DNA of 64,000 nucleotides from Camelus ferus (lineage: Eukaryota): NCBI RefSeq assembly GCF_009834535.1, contig NC_045707.1:49478001-49542000 (forward strand), read 5' to 3'. This document shows positions 38,292-51,939 of this stretch, one piece after another (within the stretch, counting starts at the first letter, position 1; every line of letters starts with the position of its first letter). The notes under the pieces were generated by a model, which did no database searches, was not told the origin of the DNA, and saw nothing but the letters and a program-made list of their open reading frames with translations. The position numbers were made by a program, and so were the translations under genes.

Positions 38292-38725
38292 TGGAATATT
38301 ACTTAGCCATAAAAATGAAAATTTGCCACTTGGGACAACATAGATAAATCTGGAGGGTATTATGCCTAGTGAAATAAGTCAGAGAAACACAAATATGGTA
38401 TGTTTTAACTTATATGTATAATCTATAAAATAAAGCAAATGAATGAATATAACAAAATAGAAATAGACTTAGAGCTACAGAAAACAAACTGGTGGTTACC
38501 AGTGGGGAAAGGAAAGAGGGGAGGGGCAAGATAGGTTGACTAAGATTAAGAGGTACAAACTACTCAGTATAATAAGTAAGTTACAAGGATATAATGTACA
38601 GTACAGGAAATATAGCCAATATTATATAACTTTTTATGGAGTAAAATCTATAAAAATGTTGAATCACTGGGTTATACACCTGCAACATGTAATATTGTGC
38701 ATCAACTATACTTCAATTGAAAACG
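38222..38725 (+). mobile_element. 5'-truncated L1 (L1MA9-like 3' end) with internal (GT)n at 38258-38290
   Basis: 'atggaatattacttagccataaaa...ctggagggtattatgcctagtgaaataagtcag'; perfect 12-bp TSD aaaacatgaaat (38210-38221 / 38726-38737) at a TT|AAAA site. Confidence 0.92.
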
Positions 38726-39726
38726 AAAACATGAAATCAGATACATATTAGGTATTATTGTTGCTGCTGCTTTAGTTATTGTTTTATATTTGGGGGACTC
38801 TGATTTGAATTATGAGGATACTGGAATATCAATAATCAGCTGAATATGTATCCCTAAGGTGTGGCTTCTCAATATGGTTACAAAGAATGGTATAATAATG
38901 AAATTCCCTGAACAAATACTCAGTTTGGGACACATTACATCCACATAATTCCAGGTGCAACTTGGAAATCATCTCAAGGGAGCAGAGGTAATTAAAACTA
39001 TTTTAAGGAAGCAAAAAAATATATTTTTAAAAAAGACCATTGATATTGCACAGAAGGAAAAAAATGGGAAGAGAAATGACTTGCACATCTAGGATACTGG
39101 ATACTCCCAATTATATTAAATAGAAAAACATTCCAACCTTACACTCCTTTGATTATCCAGAATAAAATAATATGGCACTCTGATTTTATTATTTAAAAAA
39201 ACTCAACCCCCCTACTCTAAAACTAATCTCCTAGTTCATCTGCTTTCTTTAATCTGCTGTTCTTTATCTCCACTGGTGTTTTCCCTCTGTCCTTTTATGT
39301 TTGGTGATTTTACTATTTCACAGATAGCAAGGTTTTATTGTTTTCTGTTTCGTGCTTAAAGTTTTTTTTCACCTTCATGCTGCCTTATCTTTGTACCAGT
39401 ATTTCCATTTTCTCTTATTATCTGTCTTTTATTTTTTTTAATTTCCACTGCTTTTGATCTGCTCATTACTTCTCTCCATCTCATTTATAGACCATTCTGG
39501 TATGTCTGCCTTCTATTGATGTTTCCTCTGTTGTTTTCCCTCATTTCTCTCTTTCCTAATCTTACCCGTCCGTCTTATTTATTATTATTGTTTTAAACAT
39601 GGGTGAGTGGCCTTAAAATATTGCAGGAACAATTTGTTACTAGGCTAGTGAGGGGGAAAAAAGCCACAGCAAACATTTATTCTAATGAGTATGTTTCTGT
39701 GAGTGTGAGGGGCAGATGGTAGACTC

Positions 39727-39746
39727 AGATCACTAGGTGGCAGTAG
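39727..39746 (+). promoter_or_regulatory. Candidate CTCF binding site
   Basis: AGATCACTAGGTGGCAGTAG matches the CTCF core CCACYAGRKGGCRS except at the first C; it lies in non-repeat sequence. Confidence 0.55.
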
Positions 39747-40261
39747 TCCAGATCTGATTCTAATCACATGCCTCTGCCCCTCCCCTTTCTTCCTTAATGT
39801 TTATGTCCTATATATGGGTTTTCATTCAGACATTTGTTTGGTTCTCTGCAGCATCAACTTTTGAAATCTAGGACATGTCACAGCTCTCAAAAATAACATA
39901 ACTTAACGCTTAAGAGTTTATGACTGCTGATTTGAGCCTGAACTGGGGATGAAATGGTTTGGTTGATTGGCCTTATTTGCATGGGGGAAAAAAAAGTAAA
40001 TCTGAAGGACTTAATATATAAATGTGATAGTGCATAAAATTCCAAATACCAATCCAAATATACAGTTTGTGAAGTACAATGTATTATGATATTTCATACA
40101 AATATGCCTTTCAAGCTCTCCAAATTTTGGTTGTTAGATAATTTGAATAATCCACTTTGTGTTTATTGAATATGTAATCCACACTTGCTATTTTTTGCCT
40201 ACCTGTACCTTTTCCTTTTGCAACCTGCTCTATTTAATAGCTAAGAGATGTCAGATACATT

Positions 40262-40420
40262 ATGAAACTACTCTGTGCCTTATTTTTCTCAATCAGTAAC
40301 ATGGTAATGTTAATGATACACACGTCATGGAGTTGCTGAAGAGTTTAAATGAGTTAATATGTTTAAAACATTTAGAACAGTAGCTGGCCTATAGTAATTT
40401 TTTAATGATAGCTATTATTT
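40262..40420 (+). mobile_element. MIR SINE
   Basis: 'ctctgtgccttatttttctcaatcagtaa...aaatgagttaatatg...tttagaacagtagctggcctatagtaa'. Confidence 0.85.
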
Positions 40421-40444
40421 GTTCAGGATTTCCTTAGACCATCT

Positions 40445-40780
40445 ATTATTTTTAAGCATTGGATTGAGGGATGGAGATTGAATGAGAACTGTTCCCCTGT
40501 AACTTATGAATAAAGATGCAAATAAGTAATCAGATGATTACAATGCAGTATGGTAAATGTGATGGGGAGGAAGAGCACAGAATTCTATAGAAAGAAGATG
40601 ATCAAGTGACTCAGTGTTGGTATAGGAAGGAGAGGGAAATCCTCCCAGATAAAGTTGTGTGTCGGTTGAAACCGAAGAATGAGGTTTGCCTGGATGAATT
40701 GGTGGGGAGAGAAGGTTGAGAAAAATGTTTCTGGGAGAAGAATGAGCATATGCTCTTCCTACAGGTGTGTCTAAGAAGGT
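40445..40780 (-). mobile_element. L2 fragment
   Basis: 'agatgcaaataagtaatcagatgattacaatgcag...gttgaaaccgaagaatgag'. Confidence 0.6.
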
Positions 40781-43700
40781 AACTAACACTCGCTTTACTC
40801 AAAATTTAGGCCACTTTTTCCTAATGCTCCCGTGAATAATTCATTCTGTTTCTCTGTAAAGCAGAGGTGAAGGAGTCATTAGATAGCCTGGCCTACTGAA
40901 GTGCGACTGTGAAATAATGAAACACATTTTTAAACAAAATGTGGCATGAATCTTTTCTCAGATAATATGCTGATCTCCTCCCTATAAAATGCTACCAAAT
41001 TTGAATAAGGAATGCATTCATGAATTTTATTTTCCAGAAGTGGTGACGGGTTTATACTGAGTCATTGATTACTCTGTCCTTCGGGCCAATTGTGTGAATT
41101 TGCAAATCCGCTTGATATGGGGTAGGGGAAGGGCACATTCTGGAGCTGGGCACAAAATGAAGCCATTGAACATAAGAGCAATAAAAGTGTGGATTACGAT
41201 TATTCTTATGTTTTTAATAATCAATTGACCTTAGGTTTTACTCACTGAAATGAGATCCCCAAGAAGGGGAGTTGGTGGGAATGAGTTCCCTATAACTTCT
41301 AGTCCCGCAAAGATGTAGTCTTGATTTCCCTAATGGAAAAAACAAACTTCCTGTAGTATGTAAAACCTGAGCTGACCTTGCCCTTTTAAAAAAGCAAACA
41401 GCAGAAATACAGAACAACAGAAATGAATTTAACCATCCAGAATTTGAGTCAGAAAATCACCTACATATCCTTGCAGGAAACATATATCTGCAAGGCAGAG
41501 AGTTGTGAACACTATGTGTGATGAAATATGTAAGAAAAATCCCATGGGTCTGTGCATGGATGCAAAGTGATTGAACTGAGCACTTAATATAATTGCTTTC
41601 TACCATTTAGTCAAGTAGTGATTAAACTGGCAGCCATGCTGTGTGGGCGGGAAAAGGGTCAAGTGTATTCCTAGCCCTGGGTATGTCCTTCCAGTCTTCA
41701 ACTCTTATCTACGTCTCCCTTTGCATATTAAACAATCAGACTTCAAGATACGAGAATTCCTCTCTCTCTCTCACCCTCAGGATGTAGATAAGGTATTAAA
41801 GATAGTCAGGGACCCCAAGTAACTCTTTCTTCATCTAGGCAGTGAAGGGCTTCAGGTAATTGTGAGTGGTTTGAGAGTAATATTCCCCTGTGCCCTTCGT
41901 ACCAGCAGATATATGGCTCCCGTAAAGCACTGCACATTCTGAAGGTTAGCTATTGGCAATCACTTAAGAATTTTCCATATAAAAAATGTATCAACCAAGG
42001 GTCCCAACCTTTAGGACACCCTCTTCTTTCAGTGATCTTAATCCAGTAATTACTCCCACATGTCCTCTTCTTCCTCCTATTTGAATTGTGGAAAACTTTC
42101 ACCTCTCCTGAGCAATTATTGCCACCTTGTTTTTCAAGAATTTTCTGAAACAGAGAGTGAGTAGCTAGTAATGCTACTCTTTTTTTTTTTTTTTTTTTTA
42201 AGATTTCCTGATCATACAATGTGAAGTCATGAAGTTACAAGACTCTGGTGCAGTTAGCACAGATGTCTTCTCTCATCTCATAAACCTGATCATAGTATCT
42301 GTACTTCAAAAAGAAACTTAACAACTTTCACTATTCCCTTATGATTGTTTTTCTTTTTTGCTTCTGATTTGTTGCAATACCACACACTTTTGCTATTATA
42401 TCTTATTAAGCTCACAGAGCGTTATGGATTCCACAGTGCCCATGTGCAGCACACATATAATGTATACACAAAATAGTAAATGCATTACTGTTTAATTACA
42501 TCCATTCTATTTCAAATAAATCCATTCAACTATTCATTGTCTTCTCCCCACGTGGGTTACTGACCTTGAGGTGCATGGGTATGGCTCATTTTTCTATAGG
42601 ATTCCACTCAGCTTGCCTTTTAACTTTTTTCTTTCTTTTTCTCCAGATTGAATTTTTAGCCTCTGTCCCCCATTATTCTACCTTCCTTGGCTAACTGGGT
42701 AGCTTCATCAGTGATCTCTCTTCTTTTTCATCCTCCAGTCCAGTCCCTTAGTATCTAAAAACATTTGGGCATTTTCCCATTCATTGCAACTCAGCACCAA
42801 AGCCTCTGAAAACTTGTCCACTTTGGAAAGGCATCACAGGAAACTCCAAACCAGTAGAGTACATTAAAGGAAAGATTTTAAATATATATTGAGTAAGAAC
42901 ATTATGATGTAACTGAAACATTTCTAAAACATCAGATATTGGATTTGGGATGGGATCATTCAAAGATAAATGGCTGAGGGTGATGTGGCAATGCGCATTT
43001 ACTATGTGTTTGTATATGATGCTGTATATTGGATCCTAAGGGCTAACCCATCTGCACCTAATATGTTGGAGAAGATTTTCCAATAGTGGACAATCCACTG
43101 TCTACAACTTACTCCTCTGCCTGGGAAAATCAGTGTCTCTTCTCAAGCAATCTGCTGCCCTTATACTAGAAGTTCCACTCCAAAGGAGGTTTGAACTTAG
43201 ATGTTTGACCTTTTTGTACCACTCTGGGTTTTCAGAAATGGCACATTTTATCATCATGATTTTTACCTTGATCTCTTTCTTCACATTGTGTAAAAACATA
43301 AGGCTTTTAGTATGACTTGACTTGTTGAATAGCAAATATATCATCTTACTAAACTGCAGTTTTTCCTAATCAGAACACAAACTTGCTCTGTAACATCTCT
43401 CAGAGACAAGACAAAGACAATGAAAATGGCCACTGACTCCACTGGGCTCTGAAGGAAAGGTGTCTTTGTAATTACTAAGAATTACACTATACTTCCTTAA
43501 TATTTTTACTATTATCAGGTACATTATAATACTTGAATTTTTATCCCAGATCTTTAGTTAAAAATTGTCTTTAATCCCACACCAGCAGAGTCTATTTCAA
43601 GCAGAAACGTGAGGACAGATAGAGTCTTCAAGTGGTCTCTATATTTCCTGGTAGAAAAGATACGCAAGAACCGTGCATCAAATGCAGAGACGGCTTCCAG

Positions 43701-45020
43701 GAAGTCGCTGTGTTTGAGAGAAGACCTGCACTGGGCAGCTGTTCTGGGATTGAATTCCCAGAGTCATTCCGGTCATCTTCCTCTGTGCCCAGCCTCCTCC
43801 TCACCCTCTCAGTCAGCCTCAAGGATTCTAAAACCTGACCAAGCATTTCCAGTCAGAACAAGCTCACCCTTTAGCAATGGGAGGAGAAACTAGCTTTTCT
43901 GGGCCCTCACCCTGTGGCATTTGCCTGGCAGCAGAGTTTCCAAGAATAACTTTTTTCTGTGGTTTTCTCAATCCCCACTCCCTAGGGAAACCAGTTAGTA
44001 TAAACTTTTTCAGTTCTAAGGTTCAAAGCATCAGCAAAATGTTTACCTTGAGTTTTAGCCAGCATCTTATTCCATCCAAATAAATTCCCAAATCTTAACT
44101 TACCCAAACCAAAATGCCCACCAGACAGATCAGAAAGTTTCTATTCCGTAGCGTTAATGGGAATAGAAACAATTAAAAAGAGGCTAAGTGACCTCCAGAA
44201 AGAGTATTTGGTTGAGTGGCAGATAGGGCAAGTTAAAACAGAAAGCCAGTGTCTCAGCCTCAGATTAAAGTATTATTTTGAGTCACAATTGATGTTACTT
44301 GCTAGCGTAAGGGAGTTCTTTGAACACAGTTCTTTGACTAACAGAGAAATTTAAGAAGGAAACAGAGTATCTCTGAAAATTCATTTGTAATGAAAAATGA
44401 AAAGGAGGGCAGGGCACTAAGCAAAAAATTCACAGCATCATTCAGCCCCCAACATGTGAATAATCTTTTTGAGGAAATTGTTTTCGCCACTTGAGTCAAA
44501 ATTAGAATTACAAATGGAACGCTGATGAATGTCTCCATAAACTTGAAGTGCCCATATGTCATATATCTTTTAGTTCCTGATTAACCAGCCTGAGCTTTCA
44601 CCTGTCTCATTGGCAGGACGAGCACTAGAGAACAGCCCAGCACAGCGGGAAGGAGCAGACTCGGGGCCACATCGGTCCCATGTCCTCCTCACTTATTTGT
44701 GTGACGTGGAAAAACAGGAAGAGAAGGTAGTCTTCCCAAGACCACACAACTACAGTCAAGAGGGGACGGTCATGCTTCCATATCTGAGCAGTCAGAGCAA
44801 GGGGCCTGATTGATTTAACTTCTGTTCCACCTTTTTGTTGTTGTTTTGGCACGCAGTACAGCTCTGGACAAGTAGCCTCACCAACAGGACGGACAAGGCT
44901 GTTGACAAGTGGCTCTATCAGTCTGACAGATAAGGCAGCCCTCCACAGATCCAGGTCCCCAAACGGGTCACGGTGCATAGAATGACCCCTCCTCCAAGGC
45001 TGAGCCTTTGACAGGAACGG

Positions 45021-45295
45021 TGTATTAACTTCCCGTAGCCCCTGTAACAAATTACCACAAACTTGGTGACTTAAAACCACAGAACCTTATTTTCTCGCAG
45101 TTCCTGAAGTCTGAAATCAGTTTTCATTGAACCAAAGTCACGGAGTCTGTCAGCCGGACCATGCTTTCTCCAGAGGCTTTAAGGGAGAATCCGTTCCTCA
45201 CTTTTTCCAGCTTCTGGTCACTGCCAGCACTTTGGCTTGTGACCGCTTCTCTCCAATATCTATTTCTGGGATCATATCGCTTGTTTCTCTTCTCT

Positions 45296-45338
<43 letters not shown>

Positions 45339-45430
45339 CACGCGCGCGCACGCAATTTCCCTCCGGATCCCACCTAGAAGAATACATGTTGATTGTGGCA
45401 TTTATGCCCACCTGGATGATGCAGAATCAA
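45021..45430 (-). mobile_element. MaLR LTR (MLT1C/D-like)
   Basis: 'tgtattaacttccc...ctgtaacaaattaccacaaacttggtgacttaaaacc...agaggctttaagggagaatcc...tttccagcttctgg'. Confidence 0.88.
45299..45354. repeat. (TG)n microsatellite followed by a CACGCGCGCGCACGCA tract
   Basis: Read directly from the sequence. Confidence 0.95.
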
Positions 45431-45924
45431 CACAGAAAAGGTGTAACGTCATTATTCACTTTCTCAACGATAGACCTGCCTGCCTGTCCTACTAATTGTA
45501 GACACAATATTTATATCCCAGGGAAAATCTACATCTCCCTGCACTTTCATCCTGGGAAAATGAGAAGATTTTTCCAGTGCCTCAAAAATTATTAGTCCAT
45601 CCAAAGACATCCAAGGTGATTCTCTTAACTTTTCTCTCACTAAAGGGAAGCAAGTAAAAAACAACTTTGTCCGTGCAATGCCAAAATGAATAAATAACTA
45701 AGTTCCAATCTGTGCTGTGAGGTGGTGTGAAAATCAGAGAGCAGACTTAAGGAGATGGCTCTTTCTTTCATTCTGATACATTTTAAGGTAATTTCCCTCT
45801 TGTTCCCCATTGCAATCTATAAAAAAGTTTAAAAAAAAAAAAGTAAAAGTTTAGTCCTCTACCTCTGTGGTTAATATTCTCTTTCTTCTAGGCTTGTCCA
45901 TTCAGTTATATTATGGTTGGCATA

Positions 45925-46140
45925 TATGGTTGTTAAGGAGAGGACCCAGAAGGCTGGTATCAGGGCCCTACTCAGCATTTTCCTAGTCACAGACAAGTTA
46001 TGAAATCTCCTCTCCATACTTGTTTCTGATATGTAAAATAAAAGCATCTGCTTGTTGTCTGTTACGAAGATTAAGTAAATTAATAGTGTTTTGAAAGGTG
46101 TCTGACATATACTAAGCACACAATAGACATTAGCTACAAC
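45925..46140 (+). mobile_element. MIR SINE
   Basis: 'acagacaagttatgaaatctc...tgtaaaata...gaagattaagtaaattaatagtg...tgtctgacatatactaagcacacaata'. Confidence 0.7.
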
Positions 46141-46317
46141 CATCTTCTTGCCCTTCCTTGTCCTTTCCCTGTAGAGACCTCCCATTCATTCATGCCCCCT
46201 TGTTCACAGAAGGCTTTGGCACTTGGTTCTCAGATTGCCTTTCTACTTCAAAGGCTGGAGCCCTGACAGGTGACTTTGGCATCCTCAATGGAGGCTCATT
46301 TCCAAGCTCTTAATCTT

Positions 46318-46505
46318 CAGGGTGTATTTACCTTAAAACTAATAAAGCTGAAGCTTCAGGGTCATACCTCATTTGCATACACCCTGTCCAAGGCCTTAGG
46401 AGCTACCTTGTCACTTGTGTTTGTAATTTGTATTCTATTTTTCAAAGAAGGTCCTCTCCCAATGGTGCAGGCTCCAGACGCCAAGAGACCTGAATCCATC
46501 CCTCC
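46318..46505. mobile_element. hAT-Tip100 MITE (Zaphod/MER115-like)
   Basis: Starts 'cagggtgtatttacc...aagctgaagcttcagggtc' and ends 'ctgaatccatccct', giving degenerate inverted termini. Confidence 0.6.
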
Positions 46506-47214
46506 TTTCTAGTGATCTTTCTGCACTTCAGCCACATTCTCCAGTGGTCACTAGTAGCCTAGCCTATGCCTGCACTGAAATCACCTTACCCTGACCACAA
46601 TACTCTAGTTCTTCCAGCTTTCTCTCTAGAGTTCCTGAAAGATCAGTTTTTTTGACTCCCGTAATCACTTTAATCTCCATAAATTAATAGTCAACTTTTC
46701 TTAGAAGTTGCAGAAATTATGTAATTCTATATTTTTTAATCCACAGATAATTTAAAAACTCAATTATTATCATATGTCATACACCCTAAAATATTTCAAT
46801 CATGATAAATGAGTCCTTATATTAAAGAAACTGGGAAACCTTGCTCTGAAGTTACCGGTTAAATCAAGATACAAACCAAGCACTCATTTTGGCCTGTAGA
46901 TCAACTTCCAATGTCTCTATTTATATATCAGAAATTTTCCTTGCTGATATATTGGTGTTCAAGTGCTTCTATATCCACAAAAAAATGATGTCACACGATG
47001 TCACCTATTACTAAAAGCTTTGCCTCAGAAAGGCAAGAAGATAACTTGTATTTTTATCTATGTTCTTGCCTTAGGCCCAAACCTAATAATTCAGAATCTT
47101 AACCCTCAAAAAAATAAATTCAGATGTTAATGAGGGAAATCAAAGGTGACTGATGTTTAATGAGCATCAAAGATTTGTCTGTGTTTCTTTGATTGGTCTA
47201 GAGTAACGTAATAA

Positions 47215-47460
47215 TGAGGAGGTAGTATAATGTTAGTCTATCAGACTTCACTCTGTTGAATTTTAATTCTTGACCTGCCAGTCACCAATTGTGAGATCAT
47301 AGTCGAATTAACCAGCCTTTCCTTGCTTCAGTTTTATCATTTGTAAAGTAAGGATATTACAGTATCTACATAATGGGAATGTTTTAAGGATTAGTAATTT
47401 GGAATGTGGAATAGTACCTGACTCATAGGAAACAGTCCATAAGTGTTAGCTGTTTTATTA
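47215..47460 (+). mobile_element. Near-full-length MIR SINE
   Basis: 'gaggtagtataatg...cttcagttttatcatttgtaaagtaaggata...catagg...aagtgttagctgtt'. Confidence 0.85.
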
Positions 47461-49589
47461 CCATTTCATTTCAATAAGCAGGCCATTTGTCAAGAGTATA
47501 GAAATATTTCTAATCACACTAAAATTTTGTGTAAGTTTTTGTTATTTTTATCTAAGATTTTCCTTCAATGTAGATTAGAATTTTCTCCTGAAATAAAAAG
47601 TTATATGAGAGTAGGGGGAACCATATGGTCTTGATGTTTAAATTTTAGTAACGTAACTGAAGGAACAGAATTCCTGACTGTCTTTAAAATAGGCATTTGC
47701 GCATGAGATATAAGCCAGAAACTCCAAAGACTAAGAGTACGCTCAAGAATGTGGGTCTTGCCCCAGAAGAGTATTTTGGAAGGAGTATTCCCTCATCAAA
47801 CAAAAGTCATAATAATTTAGATTAAAATATTAATAAAAATTTATACCTTCATGAGCTTACAATCTAGTAAAAGATAAAGATGACTAAACACACCTTTATA
47901 ACACTCTCAAGTCATGTAATTGAATATATAGGATTTTAGAATATTTAAGCTTAAAGTTTCTCTTAATTACAAATAAGCCATGCTACCCATATTAAACAGT
48001 TTGACCACTTGTTTTCATGATTATCTTCATTTTAGACTTTTGTTCACTAATGAATTTATCTTTCTGCCATCACTACCTGAGACCAAGCAAATGTGTTCCC
48101 TTCTACTCCCTTGATAAAGTTTTAATGTCAAAAAAAAAAAAGTTAATATAGTGGTTAATTTTGCTCCTTTAAAGAAATTAAATACAGAAGGATTCAACAG
48201 TACTCAATATAAGTATATAACCCAGAGTTCCCCTACACGAGACATAATTAAGCCCATGTGTCCTTCTTACCAAATCAGTGCCCAGGAAGAGAAGAAATCC
48301 CAGCAGAGGAGTGGTGTGAATTTAAATCAGATAAATGGCAAATTCTACAACCCAAGATAGGGCTTGCTTTTAATTCAATCAAAGCACAGTGCCTTGCATT
48401 TTGACAGCCAAAGCGGAAAGTCAGAGAACTACAGTTAGGTCTTTGAAGGCTGCTGATAAAGTAAAGTGTCTCATCTGAGTCACTCCTCTGTGGTGTGTTG
48501 AAAGATTGAGGATGTTTCCCAAGGTGCTAAAGGATGTGGAAGTCATTCTCCCACCCACTAGGTGTGGGTGCTGTGCTGTACAGCTGATGCATCACCAGGT
48601 GAGGCTGGATTATGATGCAGCATAAGCAAAATTCCAATAATGCAGTTGCATGGGGTGGACCAAATTCAGCTCCACGTCAGGATCACAGCATTCAATCGTG
48701 GCTCTTTCTACATCCCAAGGGCACAAATCAAAGGTGCTGGTAGAATGCAGGCATTAGGGATGGGAGGGTAGGAGTGTCAGGGAGAGAAGTAACTTTCTCC
48801 TTTTTATATTCATGGAGGGGTCTAGAAGAGAAATAGATGTGAAATGAATTATACATCTCAACCTCCTGCACTCTTATCTGGAGTGAATAGACTACTCTGT
48901 CATACAGCTGCCTGAGGCTAATCCTCCACACTCCCACGGTCTTCTCAGTCTACTGCCTGAGTACTTTTGAAGCCAGGATTTAAAATACTAAAAATAGAAG
49001 CAGGATTACTGGTTGCAAACTGCTGAAGAAGGGGTGGGGAGGGGTATGTACAGTGGCATGAGGAGGGATGAATGGGGAGAGGGAATGTCTGTATTTAAGA
49101 AAAATAGCAAACTCCAATCTAGGACAGCATTTGAAGAAATCTGACTTCTCTTTTCCTGATTGTCAAAGATTTTGTGGATTTTCACGATTAGAAATTACAT
49201 CCAGTCAGTTTGAATCTTTATTCATGAAATGTCCTATTCTCTTCCACCAATTGAATTCATCTCTGCTTCACTGCTAAGGCTGGCTTATGATGGCCATTCA
49301 CTAATTCTTCTGGCTCACTTTTTGCCTGGGTTGACAGCCTTAGTCTGTCCACACTTCTAGGATTGTATGCACCATCAAGAGGGGTAATCACTGCCCTGCA
49401 GACAGGGTCTGGCAAGGCACCATGTGCTGGTTGAAGAGGCAAGCCTATATACACTTGTATAAAAGGCTTTCTAGGTGAGCGCAGAGCAAAGCCTAATAGA
49501 CATATTTTAATAATTATATTTGATACTAAATTTGGAACTGAGAGTGAATGAGACTCTTATGGGTACCTGAAGTCTTAGGGCTATCCACA

Positions 49590-49942
49590 GATATTTATTT
49601 CCACACTCCTGTCAGTTACCATTAGGATGTCACTGCCTCATCCTGATGAGCTCAAGTATGGCCATGTGGTTTTCTTTGGCCAGTGAATGGATGTTATGAA
49701 TGTCATTTCCAATCAGCAGCTTTAAGAGACACCATGCACATTGTCACATGCTCTCTTGCCTCTCCCACAATAAATGGCAGTGTTTCAGAAGAGAAGCTGA
49801 ATCACCAAGAAAAGACAACAACAATGTGGAAACAGAGACCACCGTCAACTCTCAGTGGCTAGCAATAAACCTTTGTTTTTAGTGAGTGATATTTGAGGGT
49901 TATTTGTTACTGCAACGCAAACCAGCCTATCCCAACTAATAC
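49590..49942 (+). mobile_element. MaLR LTR (MLT1H/I/J-like)
   Basis: 'tggccatgtggttttctttggccagtgaa...aataaacctttgttttt...tttgttactgcaacgcaaaccagcctatcccaactaataca'. Confidence 0.75.
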
Positions 49943-51169
49943 ATACCATACAATGTTTCTGGTTTACTAAGTTGTTAAATATTACAGCTTCCACTTTTTA
50001 ATATATCTTTTAAGGAGACATTTCATTGAATGTCTTCAAGGTAATTTTCCACATCTTTAAAACAAGGGAAATGAAACTTAACTCTAAACTTAGTGAAATC
50101 CTGGTAGAGTAAGAAACAGGACTGAAAGCCCTAGCTGTCTAAGAGCTTCTATTATATGAATATTTTCATAGGAAAAAAGTTTTGACAACAAAATTAAGCA
50201 CATCTTCCCTCCAATTCTTTGCTAGGGCAAAGGTAAATTCAGTACACACCAAGAGTTGGAAAATAAAGTGTATTCTTAGTTCATCAACAGTAGCCTAAAG
50301 AATATTATTAAACTGAGATAAACACAAAGGTTTCTGAAAACAGCAAAGGTAAACACATAGATATTTCCAGCTCTACCTTAATGAGACTGTACCACAAACA
50401 ATTCTACACTCCCAGGTATTCTAATGTAACAACATCTTATTAGTATATAACAATACTTCTTTTAATCTCAGTGGAGTTATTTCTCTAATAATTTCTCTTG
50501 TCATTAATTGAAATATTTTTATCCATTTGCAGTTTTTCTTCTGAGTCTATTTTATTTTAAAACTTATCATATTGCAGTTTCTTTCTCAGAGTTCCAATAA
50601 AGTAAAACAAAATGTCTTCTGTTCATTTGCCAGCTATGAATTAGAACTTGAGATTGGTAAATGGCAAATACGTCTGTTTCTCCAGAAACAAAAGACTGAT
50701 TTCCGAATCCCCTTAAAAAGTTGCATGACTTAACTCCACAGCATTTGGGCTTTATTTATGTTAGTAAGTTAAGAATAACAACTCTTTACCTAATCAAATT
50801 CTCCCTAGCAATAGAGCCAAGGGTGATAAATATTATCTTCAGCATAGCAAAACTTTCTATCTATTGCTTGGGGTAGACATACCCTTAGAAATGCACAGAG
50901 AGAGATAAAGACTGGAGACTCTTTAGTGACACAGACTAGAGCCAGCTGTTTTGCAGTAGTTAAAACAAAATTGGAACCTGTGCACACCAGTTCCCTAGTC
51001 TCTGTGGAGTGTATAGCCAAATATTTTTATAATATGGACTTCTCTGTTTGTGGGTCCAAAGGCAACTGGCAAGACCTTACACTCAATTTTATCCATTTTT
51101 TTCAAGCTAAGATTACTACCAAAAAAGATAGAATCCCAATTCTTAGCATTTTAAAACTTCTTTTCACAT

Positions 51170-51380
51170 TTTTAAAGTATTGAATGCATTTCTCCTATGT
51201 GACCATCACTGTACTAATCTTTGAGAATCCAATGGTGAGTTGAACCTACATTGGCCCTGTCCTGAGGGGAAATACATTGTATTAGGACAATCAAATCAGC
51301 AACAATATAAAGTATGGTAATGGAGGGTATTCCAGAATGACAAGAATGTTAGTATAAGCACCTTTTCTAGTCCAAGAAAG
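51170..51380 (-). mobile_element. L2 fragment
   Basis: 'tattgaatgcatttctcctatgtgaccatcactgtacta...tggccctgtcctgag'. Confidence 0.55.
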
Positions 51381-51939
51381 AGCTCAGAGGCAGCGGGGGA
51401 TGCAAGAAGAATTCTAACATAACACCACCAGAAGTGGAATTAGCCATGCAAAAACATGCAAGCGTATTTCAATGTGTTGGAAGCTAAAGAAAGTACCCCT
51501 GAGCACAAAGTTTTGACCAGAATTTAGAAAAACTAAAGTGGGCCTACACTGTGCACAAGAAAATTCTTGTCCCATTTTTGGCTCCACAGCTCTAAAAGCA
51601 CAGGAAACAAAGCCAAAGAATGGAGAGAAGGAAGCAGAAGACCATTGGGTCAGAAAGGAAAGGATCAGAAAGAATTGTGGAAACAATACAAAAATGCACT
51701 CGCCTCGGTGTCAGGTGAGCTAGGCACTAGGTATTATAACTGTAAACCATAGCACTGCCAATGTGCTTCCCCCGGTGATTAGCCTCTAGATGCATTAAGT
51801 CACTCAACTATCACTATACAGCTTTAAGGTGGATATCATAGTATCACTTCTTCAGGATAAGTAAAATGAAGATTACATAGAGTAAGTAAAGTTAGATCTT
51901 ACTACCTTCCAATTCTGAGCTCCGAACCACTAGGCCACT

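Noticed and set aside
41781..41855. Plus-strand exon between ctctcaccctcAG and CAG|GTAATT
   Set aside because: All three frames have stops, and the acceptor tract is just a short CT repeat; there is no other support.
45124..45595. Overlapping 95-144 aa ORFs with CV or HT repeats
   Set aside because: They result from a (TG)n microsatellite inside an MLT1 LTR.
47218..47240. let-7-like 'gaggtagtata' string
   Set aside because: It is the 5' end of a MIR; there is no full mature-miRNA match and no hairpin partner.
49643..49660. Hammerhead core CTGATGAG (also near 56508)
   Set aside because: No stem II followed by GAAA is present, and both sites lie in repeat-derived sequence.
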